Source of the DNA: Myxococcales bacterium
GTDB taxonomy: Bacteria > Myxococcota_A > UBA9042 > JABWCM01 > BTVJ01
DNA length: 64,000 nucleotides
Assembly (NCBI GenBank): GCA_045863395.1
Contig: BTVJ01000013.1
Coordinates: 64,001 to 128,000, forward strand
Direction of reading: 5' to 3'
Shown here: piece after piece, positions 36,510-45,500 of the stretch
Position numbering within the stretch: position 1 is the stretch's first letter
Layout: each line of letters opens with the position of its first letter
Position numbers and translations under genes: made by a program
The notes under the pieces: generated by a model
What the model was told of the DNA's origin: nothing
What the model saw: only the letters and a program-made list of their open reading frames with translations
Database searches by the model: none

Positions 36510-37736
36510 ATGAGCGCCATGAAGGTCCTGTTCGTGTCTCCCCACTACCCCGACGAGATGCAGGGGTTCGTGCGCGGCCTCGCCGAGGTCGGCGCCACCG
36601 TGTACGCGGTCGGCGACGTGCCCGAGCAGCAGCTCCCGGGCCACGTGCGCCGCTACCTGAGCGGGTACATGCAGGTCCATGACCTGTTCGACGAGCACGC
36701 GCTGGCCCGCCAGGTGGTGCCCATCGCCGGGCGCCTGGGCCTCGACCGCATCGAGGCGCTCTGGGAGCCCGTCGTCCTCGGGGCGGCGCGCCTGCGGGAG
36801 GAGCTCGGCGTGCCCGGCATGAGCATGGAGACGGCCATCGGGTTCCGCGACAAGGCGGTCATGAAGGAGCGCCTCGTTGCGGCGGGCCTTCGCGTGCCCC
36901 ACTTCGCGCGGGTGACGACGGCGGCGGCGCTGCGGGAGGCCGCCGAGCGCATCGGCTACCCCCTGATCGTCAAGCCCATCGACGGAGCGGGCACCAGGGA
37001 CACCTACAAGCTGGACGGGGAGGCGGACCTGGAGGCGGTGCTCCCGCGGCTCGGCCACCTGCCCGACGTCAACGTGGAGGAGTTCATCGAGGGCGACGAG
37101 TTCACCTACGACGCGGTCTCCATCGACGGGGTGCCGGTCTTCGACAGCGTCGCCCAGTACCACCCGAAGCCGCTGGAGGCGCGGTCTCAGGAGTGGATCA
37201 GCCCCATGCAGATCGTCTTCCGCGACCCTCACGTGCCGGAGCTGGCCGCCGGAGTGGCGCTGGGGCGCGACGTGCTGAAGGCGCTCGGGATGGGCACGGG
37301 CTTCACCCACATGGAGTGGTATCGGAAGCCGGGCGGGGAGGTGGTCTTCGGCGAGATCGCGGCGCGAGCGCCGGGCGGGCGCCTCGTGGATCAGATGAAC
37401 TACGCCAACGACTTCGACGTGTACCGGGAGTGGGCGCGCACCGTGTGCTGGCGCTCGTTCGACGCGACGCCGCATCGGCGCTACCACGTCGCGACGATCT
37501 TCAAGCGAGCGCAGGGCCAGGGGCGCATCGTGGGCATGACGGGGCTCGACGCGGTGCGCGCCCGGTGCGGCAGCTCGCTGGTCCTCGTAGACCTGCTCCC
37601 GGTCGGGGCGCCACGGCGCGACTGGCGCAGCACCCTGCTCTCCGACGGCGTCGTCACCCTGCGCCACCCGGACTACGCGGAGTGCAAGGCCATGGCCTGG
37701 GCGGTGGTCAACGATCTGCGGCTGTACGCGGGCTAA
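36510..37736 (+). CDS. ATP-grasp ligase (L-amino-acid ligase-like), paralogue C
   Basis: 'VLFVSPHYP', 'FRDKAVMK', 'GYPLIVKPIDGAGT', 'VEEFIEG', 'FTHMEWY', 'FGEIAARAPG', 'LRHPDY'. Confidence 0.92.
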   Translation: MSAMKVLFVSPHYPDEMQGFVRGLAEVGATVYAVGDVPEQQLPGHVRRYLSGYMQVHDLFDEHALARQVVPIAGRLGLDRIEALWEPVVLGAARLREELGVPGMSMETAIGFRDKAVMKERLVAAGLRVPHFARVTTAAALREAAERIGYPLIVKPIDGAGTRDTYKLDGEADLEAVLPRLGHLPDVNVEEFIEGDEFTYDAVSIDGVPVFDSVAQYHPKPLEARSQEWISPMQIVFRDPHVPELAAGVALGRDVLKALGMGTGFTHMEWYRKPGGEVVFGEIAARAPGGRLVDQMNYANDFDVYREWARTVCWRSFDATPHRRYHVATIFKRAQGQGRIVGMTGLDAVRARCGSSLVLVDLLPVGAPRRDWRSTLLSDGVVTLRHPDYAECKAMAWAVVNDLRLYAG

Positions 37737-37753
37737 GCCTCGGCGTGAGGTCC

Positions 37754-37785
37754 GGCCGCGGCTGGGTTTCAGGACCGCCGCGGCC
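37754..37785 (+). terminator. GC-rich hairpin just after the ATP-grasp C stop (possible terminator or mRNA 3' stabiliser)
   Basis: GGCCGCGGC (37754-37762) pairs with GCCGCGGCC (37777-37785); no clear U-tract. Confidence 0.35.
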
Positions 37786-37800
37786 CGCGTTCAGTACCGG

Positions 37801-37829
37801 TTGTCGTGCTCGGGGCACCACCCTATGCT
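37801..37829 (+). promoter_or_regulatory. Candidate sigma70-type promoter for the small ORF and kinase
   Basis: TTGTCG, 17 nt, TATGCT, followed by GGAGGT at 37845-37850. Confidence 0.45.
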
Positions 37830-37861
37830 CGCCTCCCCTGCAACGGAGGTGTGGCGTACCC

Positions 37862-37939
37862 ATGCACTTGATCCCTCCTGAGGAGTGCTCGACACACGAC
37901 GCGGTCGCGCCGCTTGACTTGCGAGGGGCTGGCCCTTGA
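37862..37939 (+). CDS. Possible 25-aa small ORF (MHLIPPEECSTHDAVAPLDLRGAGP)
   Basis: Candidate promoter and GGAGGT RBS (spacing about 11-12 nt) upstream; its TGA overlaps the TTG candidate start of the kinase (TTGA). Confidence 0.3.
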   Translation: MHLIPPEECSTHDAVAPLDLRGAGP

Positions 37940-40662
37940 GCGCCCCCTCCCGCAGCCAGGCGCCGACGGAGGGCGGCGACCCCATGCAGGGCGCCCCCGC
38001 GCTGCCCGTCGGCGCGCTCGTGGCGCGCCGATATCGCCTGGAGTCGGTGCTGGGAGTGGGGGGCTTCGCCTGGGTCTATGCCGCTACGGACCTGCTCGGC
38101 GGTGAGCGGGTCGCCGTCAAGATCCAGCTCCTGAGCCCTGGGATCGATCTCAGGCGCATCCGGCGCGAGCTGGCTGCCATGCGGCTCCTGCGCATCCCCG
38201 GCGTGGTGACCCTGCTGGACGACGGGGTCGAGGGCGACCACTACTACCTGGTCATGGAGCTCGTCGAGGGTGCCCCGTTCAGCGGCGCCGGCGGCTGGCC
38301 CACCATCGCGGAGGTCGTGGTGGGCCTCCTCGAGACGGTCGCCCGAATCCATGCCGCAGGCGTCGTCCACCGGGACCTGAAGCCGGGCAACGTGCTGGTG
38401 ACCCCGGAGGGGCGCCCCGTCGTGCTCGACTTCGGCCTCGCCATGGGGCCGGGCGTCGGGCGCTCCGTGGCCCCCGTGGAGGGGGTCGTGGGTACGCCGG
38501 GCTACATCGCCCCCGAGCAGATCCAGGGGGGAAACGCGGGGCCTCAGGCCGACCTCTACGCGGTCGGCGCCATGGTCTACGAGGCGCTCTGCGGCCGCAC
38601 GCCGCTCCAGGGCGACACGTGGCAGGAGACGCTGATGGCGCGTCTGGTCGCGGACCCTGAGCCCATCGGCCAGCGGGTGCCCGGGCTCGATCCCGCCGTG
38701 GCGGCCCTCGTCGACCGCCTCGTCGCCCGTGAGCCGGGCGCCCGGCCGGCCAGCGCTTCGGATGCGCTGGCCGTGCTGGCCGGGGCGCCGGGCGTGCGGC
38801 GGGCGCCCGTGACCTGGCCGTGGGTGCCGGGCGACCGCGCCGGCACCGGGGGGGCCCCCGAGACCTCGCGGCTGTCCGCCGCGGACCTGAGGTCGCTCAT
38901 CGCTGGGCCCGAGCGCTTGCTACACCTCCAGGAGGACGGCGCGCGGCTCGTCCTCGAGCGCACGGGCGGGCTGCCCGGCAACGTGGAGCGAGAGCTGGCC
39001 GCGTGGGTGCGCGCCGGCCTGGCAGCCTGGCACGAGGGGCGTCTGTCGCTGGGCCGAGGCGCCCTGGAGCGCCTGCGCGCCAGCCCTCCAGTCCGCCACA
39101 GCGAGGCCTCGGGTGGCGCGGACCTGCTGTCGGCCCTCGGCGAGGCGCACCGGGACCTCATCGGGTGGCTGGAGCTCGCGTGGCCGCGCACCCAGGCCGA
39201 GCACCTCGCCGCGGTCACGGGCCTGCCGTCGTGGCGCGTCCGCGGGTACGTCGAGGCGCTGGCCCACCTCGGGCTGCTGGTCCGCTCCCGCGACGGGCGG
39301 GTGGCGGGCATGGCGGTGGCGGGCGTGGCGTCGGCCTGGAGCGAGCAGCGCCGCCGTGAGGCCCACCGCAGGCTCGCCGCGGCGCTGCCCGCCGGCGCCG
39401 AGGGGCGGCTCCACCACCTGGTCGCCGCTGGGGAGCTCGCAGAGGTGGGTGCCGAGGCTGCCGCGCGAGGGCTGGCGCTGGCCGGCGAGGGCCTCCTGGG
39501 CCCGGCAGCGGCCGCGCTCGAGGAGGGGCTCGGCCCGGCGAGATTGCACGAGGACGCGGCCGGCGAGGGGCGCCTTCTGGAGCTCCTGTGCGAGGTGTCC
39601 CTGTCCCTCGGGACAGAGCACGCTCTCGACCGGGCGCTCTACGAGCTGGAGAGGGCCTGGACCCGGTCACCGCGAATCGCACGCCTGGAGGGCCTCGTGC
39701 GGGCGAGCCTGGGCGCGATGCGCGCCGTCGGCCAGGCTTCGCTGCTGGTCGCCGAGTCCATCCGCCCCTTCGTCGAGGAGCCGCTGGAAGAGGGGCGCAT
39801 GGTCGCGCGGCTGCGCGCTGCTCGTGGCTGCCCCGTGGCGGAAGAAGAGCGGGTGCTCGCGGATGCGGAGACCTGGGCGGCCGGCGGGAGCCCCCGGGCA
39901 CGGGCGCTGGCCCTGATGTGGAGGGCGCTCTACCAGTATCGCGTCGGGCGCTTCCAGGAGGCCGCCGACACCCACCTCGCCGCGCTGCGGGTCGGGCCGC
40001 CGCCACACCTCTGGCTCGCCATCTCGGTCAACGCGGCCTCGGCGCTCCTGGAGGCCCACGACCTGGACGGGGCCATCTCCATGGCAGCGAGGGCGGCCAC
40101 CTTTGCCGCGCGACTGCGCCACCCGCTGCAGGAAGGCCGCGCGGAGAGGGTGCGGCGCGTCGCCCTGTATCGGGCGGGGCGAGCGACCGAGCCGGACCTC
40201 GACCTGGTGGAGGGAGCAGAGGCGGTCGGCCAGCCCGACCTCCTCGCCATGGTGTGTCTCAACGAGGCCGGCGTGGCGCTGCGGGGAGGGCGCCTGGAGC
40301 TGGGCGGCGTCCTGGCGTCGCGCGCCGCGGCCGCCTGGACCCGCATGGGCCGCACTTGGGAAGGGGCCCTCGTCCGCGCCCTGGCCGACGGCTGCATGGG
40401 CGCGAGCAGCCCGGCGCTTCGCCGCGAGATCGTGCAGGGGGCGCTGGAGTGCACCACCGCCATGATGCCGCTCCAGGCCCTCGCCCTCTGGGCGACGGCC
40501 GAGCCCCTCGACGCGCAGGAGCAGGCGGTCGTCCGAGCGTTGGCGGATCGCATCCCGCCGGCGGCGTGGGAGCTGCGCGCGGACGTTCTGTCCCCCCGCG
40601 AGGCGGTCGAGTTGGCGCTGGGGCGCGGGCGCCTCGAGGATCTCGTGGACGCCAGGAGCTGA
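37936..40662 (+). CDS. Hanks-type Ser/Thr protein kinase with helical / winged-helix / TPR-like C-terminal region
   Basis: 'LGVGGFAWVY', 'VAVK', 'HRDLKPGN', 'DFG', 'GTPGYIAPE', 'DLYAVG'. Start is TTG 37936 or ATG 37984. Confidence 0.92.
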   Translation: MSAPSRSQAPTEGGDPMQGAPALPVGALVARRYRLESVLGVGGFAWVYAATDLLGGERVAVKIQLLSPGIDLRRIRRELAAMRLLRIPGVVTLLDDGVEGDHYYLVMELVEGAPFSGAGGWPTIAEVVVGLLETVARIHAAGVVHRDLKPGNVLVTPEGRPVVLDFGLAMGPGVGRSVAPVEGVVGTPGYIAPEQIQGGNAGPQADLYAVGAMVYEALCGRTPLQGDTWQETLMARLVADPEPIGQRVPGLDPAVAALVDRLVAREPGARPASASDALAVLAGAPGVRRAPVTWPWVPGDRAGTGGAPETSRLSAADLRSLIAGPERLLHLQEDGARLVLERTGGLPGNVERELAAWVRAGLAAWHEGRLSLGRGALERLRASPPVRHSEASGGADLLSALGEAHRDLIGWLELAWPRTQAEHLAAVTGLPSWRVRGYVEALAHLGLLVRSRDGRVAGMAVAGVASAWSEQRRREAHRRLAAALPAGAEGRLHHLVAAGELAEVGAEAAARGLALAGEGLLGPAAAALEEGLGPARLHEDAAGEGRLLELLCEVSLSLGTEHALDRALYELERAWTRSPRIARLEGLVRASLGAMRAVGQASLLVAESIRPFVEEPLEEGRMVARLRAARGCPVAEEERVLADAETWAAGGSPRARALALMWRALYQYRVGRFQEAADTHLAALRVGPPPHLWLAISVNAASALLEAHDLDGAISMAARAATFAARLRHPLQEGRAERVRRVALYRAGRATEPDLDLVEGAEAVGQPDLLAMVCLNEAGVALRGGRLELGGVLASRAAAAWTRMGRTWEGALVRALADGCMGASSPALRREIVQGALECTTAMMPLQALALWATAEPLDAQEQAVVRALADRIPPAAWELRADVLSPREAVELALGRGRLEDLVDARS

Positions 40663-40775
40663 GGCGGGCGGCGCGGGGGCGAAGGTCCGCTGCCAACCGG
40701 GCCGGGCGTTCATCCCGCAGGAGACTCGACGCGCGCGCCAACGCGGAGGCGGGCGTGTCACCCAGGCGCGCCCTC

Positions 40776-42443
40776 TCAGAGCGGCGAGTACACGCGCGCC
40801 GGCCGGCGGTGCTCCACCATCCCCTCGGCCGCGTGGGCGAGGCGCAGCAGCAGGGCTTCGTCCCAGGGGCGCCCGATGGCCTGGAGGCCCACCGGGAGGC
40901 CGTCGGCGTCCCAGCCCGCCGGGAAGGAGATGGCCGGGAGGCCGGTGAGGTTGGCCAGGGGGGCGTAGCGCATGATGCGACCGAGCAGCTCCAGGTTGGA
41001 CTCGCCGCTCTGCAGGGCGTCCCGGGGCAGCGGGGGGGCCGTGCAGCCGGTGGCGGGCGTCACGATGGCGTCCACCCCGCTCAGGAGCGAGAGCATCTGG
41101 CGCACCATGCGGGCGCGCACCCGCTGGGCCTGGACGTAGTCGGCGCCGCCCATGTCCCGCGCCAGGGCCAGGTTGATGCGCACGTCCGGGCCGTAGTCGG
41201 CGCCGTGCGCTTTGAGCCAGGGGAGCTGGGAGGCGACCATCTCCACGGCGATGGTCACCATGTGCGCGATGGAGGCGAGGCGCAGCCCCTCGATGCTCAC
41301 CTCGCGGATGGTCGCCCCCGCCGCCCGGAGCCCGTCCAGGAGGCGCTCGCAGGCCGTGACGACGCCCGGGTCCGCGTCCTCGAACCACGGCTTGAAGACA
41401 CCGAGGGTGACGCCGCGCAGGTCCTGGGAGCCCCCGAAGCCGGTGAGATGCGGCTTGGGCTGGCCCAGGGTGTGGGGGTCCTCCGGGTCCTCGCCGGCCA
41501 TGATCATGTAGGCCGCGGCCGCGTCCCGGGCCGTGCCGGCGAGAGGGCCGATGTGCGCGACGCTCCAACACAGCGGGGCGGCGCCGTGCTCACTCACACG
41601 GCCGAAGGTGGGCTTCAGGCCGACCAGACCGCACAGGGCGGCGGGGATGCGGATGGAGCCGCCGCCGTCGGCGCCCAGGGCCACGGGGCAGAGGCCGGCG
41701 GCCACGGCGGCAGCCGAGCCGCTGGATGAGCCCCCAGTGGCGCGCGCCGGGTCGAAGGGGTTGCGCGCCGGCCCGTGGTGCGGGTTGAGGCCCGTGACGC
41801 CCAGGCCGATCTCGTGCATGTTGGCCTTGCCGAAGAGCAGCGCCCCGGCGGCCCGCAAGCGCGCGACGGTCGTCGCGTCGGCGGTGGCGGGCGCCGAGCC
41901 GTGGAACCGGGTCCCCACCGTGGTCGGGTAGCCCCGCTGGTCCACCTCGTCCTTGATGGCGACGGGCACGCCGTCGAAGGGGCCGAGCGGGCGGCCGGCG
42001 CGCCAGCGCTCTGCGGATCGCTCGGCTTGATGGAGCAGGTCGTCGGGCTGCTGCGCGATCAGCACCCGCAGGGCCGGCTCCTCCCGCTCCGACGCGGAGA
42101 GCGCGTCGAGCAGCCGTCGCGCAACGTCCACGGGTGAGCGGCCCTCCTCGGCGTAGGCACGCCGGTAGTCCGCGAGGGTCGCCCAGGGGTGGCCCACCGG
42201 GGTCGGCCCCGCCACCACCTCGTCGAGCGTGGGAGAGGCTGGCGGTGCGCTCGTCCCGGAGAATCGCGGCTCGAACTGAGGGGGGTCGTCGATCTGCGCA
42301 GTGCGCAGCAGGTCCACGCCTACCTGGCGCAGGAGCTGCTCTCGCAAGAGCGAGCCAGCGCGCGGGCGGGACGCGAGGGCGGCCAGGGCGCGCAGCGCCG
42401 GTCCGGCGAGGCGCGGGGCGCGGATGGGTTCGAGGTCGTACAT
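40776..42443 (-). CDS. Amidase signature family protein (fatty-acid-amide-hydrolase-like)
   Basis: 'DGVPVAIKD' (catalytic Lys), 'GGSSSGSAAAVA', 'GADGGGSIRIPA.LCG.VGLKPT', 'ANLTGLPAIS.P', 'GLPVGLQ'. Confidence 0.93.
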   Translation of the reverse strand: MYDLEPIRAPRLAGPALRALAALASRPRAGSLLREQLLRQVGVDLLRTAQIDDPPQFEPRFSGTSAPPASPTLDEVVAGPTPVGHPWATLADYRRAYAEEGRSPVDVARRLLDALSASEREEPALRVLIAQQPDDLLHQAERSAERWRAGRPLGPFDGVPVAIKDEVDQRGYPTTVGTRFHGSAPATADATTVARLRAAGALLFGKANMHEIGLGVTGLNPHHGPARNPFDPARATGGSSSGSAAAVAAGLCPVALGADGGGSIRIPAALCGLVGLKPTFGRVSEHGAAPLCWSVAHIGPLAGTARDAAAAYMIMAGEDPEDPHTLGQPKPHLTGFGGSQDLRGVTLGVFKPWFEDADPGVVTACERLLDGLRAAGATIREVSIEGLRLASIAHMVTIAVEMVASQLPWLKAHGADYGPDVRINLALARDMGGADYVQAQRVRARMVRQMLSLLSGVDAIVTPATGCTAPPLPRDALQSGESNLELLGRIMRYAPLANLTGLPAISFPAGWDADGLPVGLQAIGRPWDEALLLRLAHAAEGMVEHRRPARVYSPL

Positions 42444-42475
42444 ATCGGGGCCTCCTGGGCGCGGGTCCGGGGCGG

Positions 42476-42504
42476 ATTGAACCCCCGGGGGCCGTCCAGG
42501 TCAA
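42476..42504 (-). promoter_or_regulatory. Candidate sigma70-type promoter for the amidase
   Basis: Minus strand TTGACC, 17 nt, TTCAAT, about 33 nt upstream of ATG 42443. Confidence 0.45.
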
Positions 42505-42508
42505 GCGG

Positions 42509-42537
42509 TTGCGAGCGCTCCGAGGCCCCGGTAGGCT
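42509..42537 (+). promoter_or_regulatory. Candidate sigma70-type promoter for the 1036-aa lipoprotein, back-to-back with the amidase promoter
   Basis: TTGCGA, 17 nt, TAGGCT, about 33 nt upstream of ATG 42571. Confidence 0.45.
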
Positions 42538-42570
42538 TCCGCTCGCGCAGCCCTCGCGCGGGAGCCCGCC

Positions 42571-45500
42571 ATGCATCGAATCACCTGTGTGCTACTCGTT
42601 GCGCTCCTCCATGCCTGCGCCGGTGTGGAGAGCCCGTCCGGGTCGGTGGGCTCCGGCGATGTTGCCTCCCACGTGGACGCGGCGTCAGACACGGCGGTCG
42701 CAGGCCTGGACGTGTCGGGCGCAAGCGCTCGCGCGGGAGGCGTCGCGATCCTCGCACCGGACAGCGCCGACCCGCTCACCGAGCGCATGATCGCCACGGC
42801 CGCCGCCACCGTGGAAGCAGTGACCGGCGTGGCGCCGGACGTACACCGCCTCCCTGTGGGGAGCGACCTGTCCGCCCTCGCAGCGCTGGCGTCCGCGGAC
42901 GGGGCGGCGCTCGTCATCGACGCCCAGGTCGTGTCTCCGGCGGCGGTGGGGGCGGACGAGGTCACCGGTCTCCCACGCGACGGCTTCCGGCTGCGCGTCG
43001 TGGACGCGGGCGACGCCACCGTCGCTCTGTGCGCGGGCGGCACGAAGCTCGCGCGCCAGTACGCGCTCTACGAGGCGCTGCGGCGCCTGGGCGTGCGCTA
43101 CTACCACCCGGAGCAGGAGTGGGCTCCCCGGGTGCCACCGTCCCAGCTCCGCGCGCGGCTCCGCACTCCGACGGCCGTGGCGCGAGGCGGCGAAGACCAC
43201 GTCCCGGACTTCGAGCACCGCTCGTACAGCTTCCACGCCGCCCACCCCCTGGAGCACCAGGAGGCGTTCAGCGACGCGGCCCACCCCATCGACGAGGCGG
43301 CGCGGGTCAACGACTGGATCGTGAAGAACCGCGGCGACCTCCTGCGGGGAGCCGGGCGGGGCGTCGCGTCGCAGGAGTCCTGGGCGCAGCGGGCGGCGGA
43401 GCTCCAGGCGCTGGGCGACCTCCTCGGCCTGCGGGGCGCGACGGGCATCACGCTGCACAACCAGCAGCAGGGGGCGAGCGCGGCCGTCGATCCGTCGAGC
43501 GCGGTGCCCGTCAAGGACCAGATCGAGGCCCTCGTCACCGAGCGCCTCGCAGCCAGCCCCGATGCCATCCACTTCGGGATCCACTTCGGGCCGACGGAGC
43601 TGACGGTCACGCCGGACCAGGAGACCGTCCAGTGGATCGACTGGGCCGGCAAGAAGGCGAAGGCGCTGCGCCCGGACCTGCCGGTCATGATCAACGACCA
43701 CACGACGGGCAGCCAGCCCACCCCGAACTACGACGATCTGGGCTGCCCGCCGGGGACCAACGGCGAGGGCCGTGGGGACTACTACGACCTGGCCTTTCAC
43801 ACAGACCCGTCCCTCGGCGTCTCCGTCCACACGGTCATGTTCTATCCGCTCGAAGGGGCGGCGCCGGTCTACAACCAGAAGACCTTCGCCCACAAGCTCT
43901 GCCTCATGCAGAAGGCGTCTGCCGCAGGCCGCCCGCTGACCTGGTTCCCGGAGGGGTCCTGGTGGCTGTCCTTCGACAACCCGATTCCCGTCTATCTGCC
44001 GCTCTATATCGCCACGCGGGGCAGGGACGTGGAGCTGGTGGCCCCACTGCTGGCGTCCCGCGGCGGCACGCTCATCGGGCACCGCATGTTCAACAGCGGC
44101 CACGAGTGGGGCTATTGGCAGCAGGACTACGCCGTCGGGCTCTGGCACTGGAACGTGGACGTCTCCATGGATGCGGTGCTCGGAGAGCTGTTTGACCCCC
44201 TCTGCGCACCCGATGCGTGGCCTGGGAGCTGCCCGGCGCGCGACGAGGGGATCGCCGTCCTGCGAGAGGTGATGGACCACCAGTGGGAGCTGCTCCTCGT
44301 GCGGGCGGACTGGAAGGGCATGGCGGGCGGCCTCTTCACCTACCTGTCAGGGGAGGATCCCGCGGACGAGATGGGGGAGCTGGCGGGGCTCACGTTCCGG
44401 CCGGTGCGGGTGTCGTTCTCCAAGGTCCGCGGCTGGAGCGACGCGCAGATTGCCGCCTTCGAGGCTGGAGACCTGGCCGCCCTCGCGGAGATGGAGTCGG
44501 CGTATCTCGGGTGGGTGGACCGGCTGAGAGCGGTGGAGGTCGAGGTGGCGGAGGGAGCGCGCCCGTGGCTCTGGGAGGTGATCGACGGGCTGGAGATCAA
44601 CGGGCTTCGCGCCCGGCACATCCGGCTCCTCTATGAGACCGTGATCGCCTTGCGGGCCGCCGAGCAGTCGGGAGAGCCGAGTCAGGCGAATCGGGCTGGA
44701 GTCGGTGCGCGGCGACTCCAGGCCAAGGCCGCAATGGATGCGGCCGCGGCGGTGATCGCCCGGCGGGAGGCCCACTACCGCTACCCGGCGGCCCAGGTCC
44801 ATGGGGGCGGAGACACGCCGGAGACGGCGGTCCCGAACGGCACCACCTACCCCTGGCGGGTCCACTTCAAGACCCACGCCATGAGCTACTGGAAGAACCG
44901 GGAGTCTCAGGTGGACCTGCTGATCCAGGGCGGTGTGTCGACGGACGTCCTCCGCCTGGAGCCGGCCATCGCCAAGCCCGGAGTGTCACTGTCGCTGGCG
45001 TGGCCTCCGGGCCTCGACGGAACCGTCGATCTGGGGGACGGCAGCCTGGCGGGACCCGCCACGGCGACTCACGGCTACGCGGGCTCCGGGGTCTGGGTCA
45101 TCGCCGGCTCCGTCGAGTCGGGAGACTCGCAGATTCCGGTCTCGGGCGCCGTCGCCCGCTCAGACGCGCTGGCGTCCACACCGAAGGGCGGGCTCACCCT
45201 CGTCGCGCCGGCCTCGTCCGTCGCACAGACGGTGATCGCGGCGCTGTCCCCGGGCTTCCGCTGGGCGTTCATCCCGGCCACCTCGGACTCCGCGGGAGCC
45301 ATCGCGCTCGCGCCAGACCTCGGGGGCGTGGACTTCCGGCGGGTCTCGGTGGCGTCCATCCCGGCGGGCTCCGCGGGAGTGGCGACCGACCCGATCACCC
45401 TGGTCGTGCCCGTGCCGGACCCGAGCACCGGCGAGGTCACGCTCCAGCTCACGGTGCAGGGCGCCGTGCTCAACGCCGCCACCGAGGCGGGGGCCGTGGT

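Noticed and set aside
29779..37736. Reading the ATP-grasp cluster as cyanophycin synthetase, a graspetide RiPP locus or carbamoyl-phosphate synthase
   Set aside because: No Mur-ligase domain (CphA), no precursor with repeated TxxxE/KxxD cores, and sizes and motifs do not fit CarA/CarB
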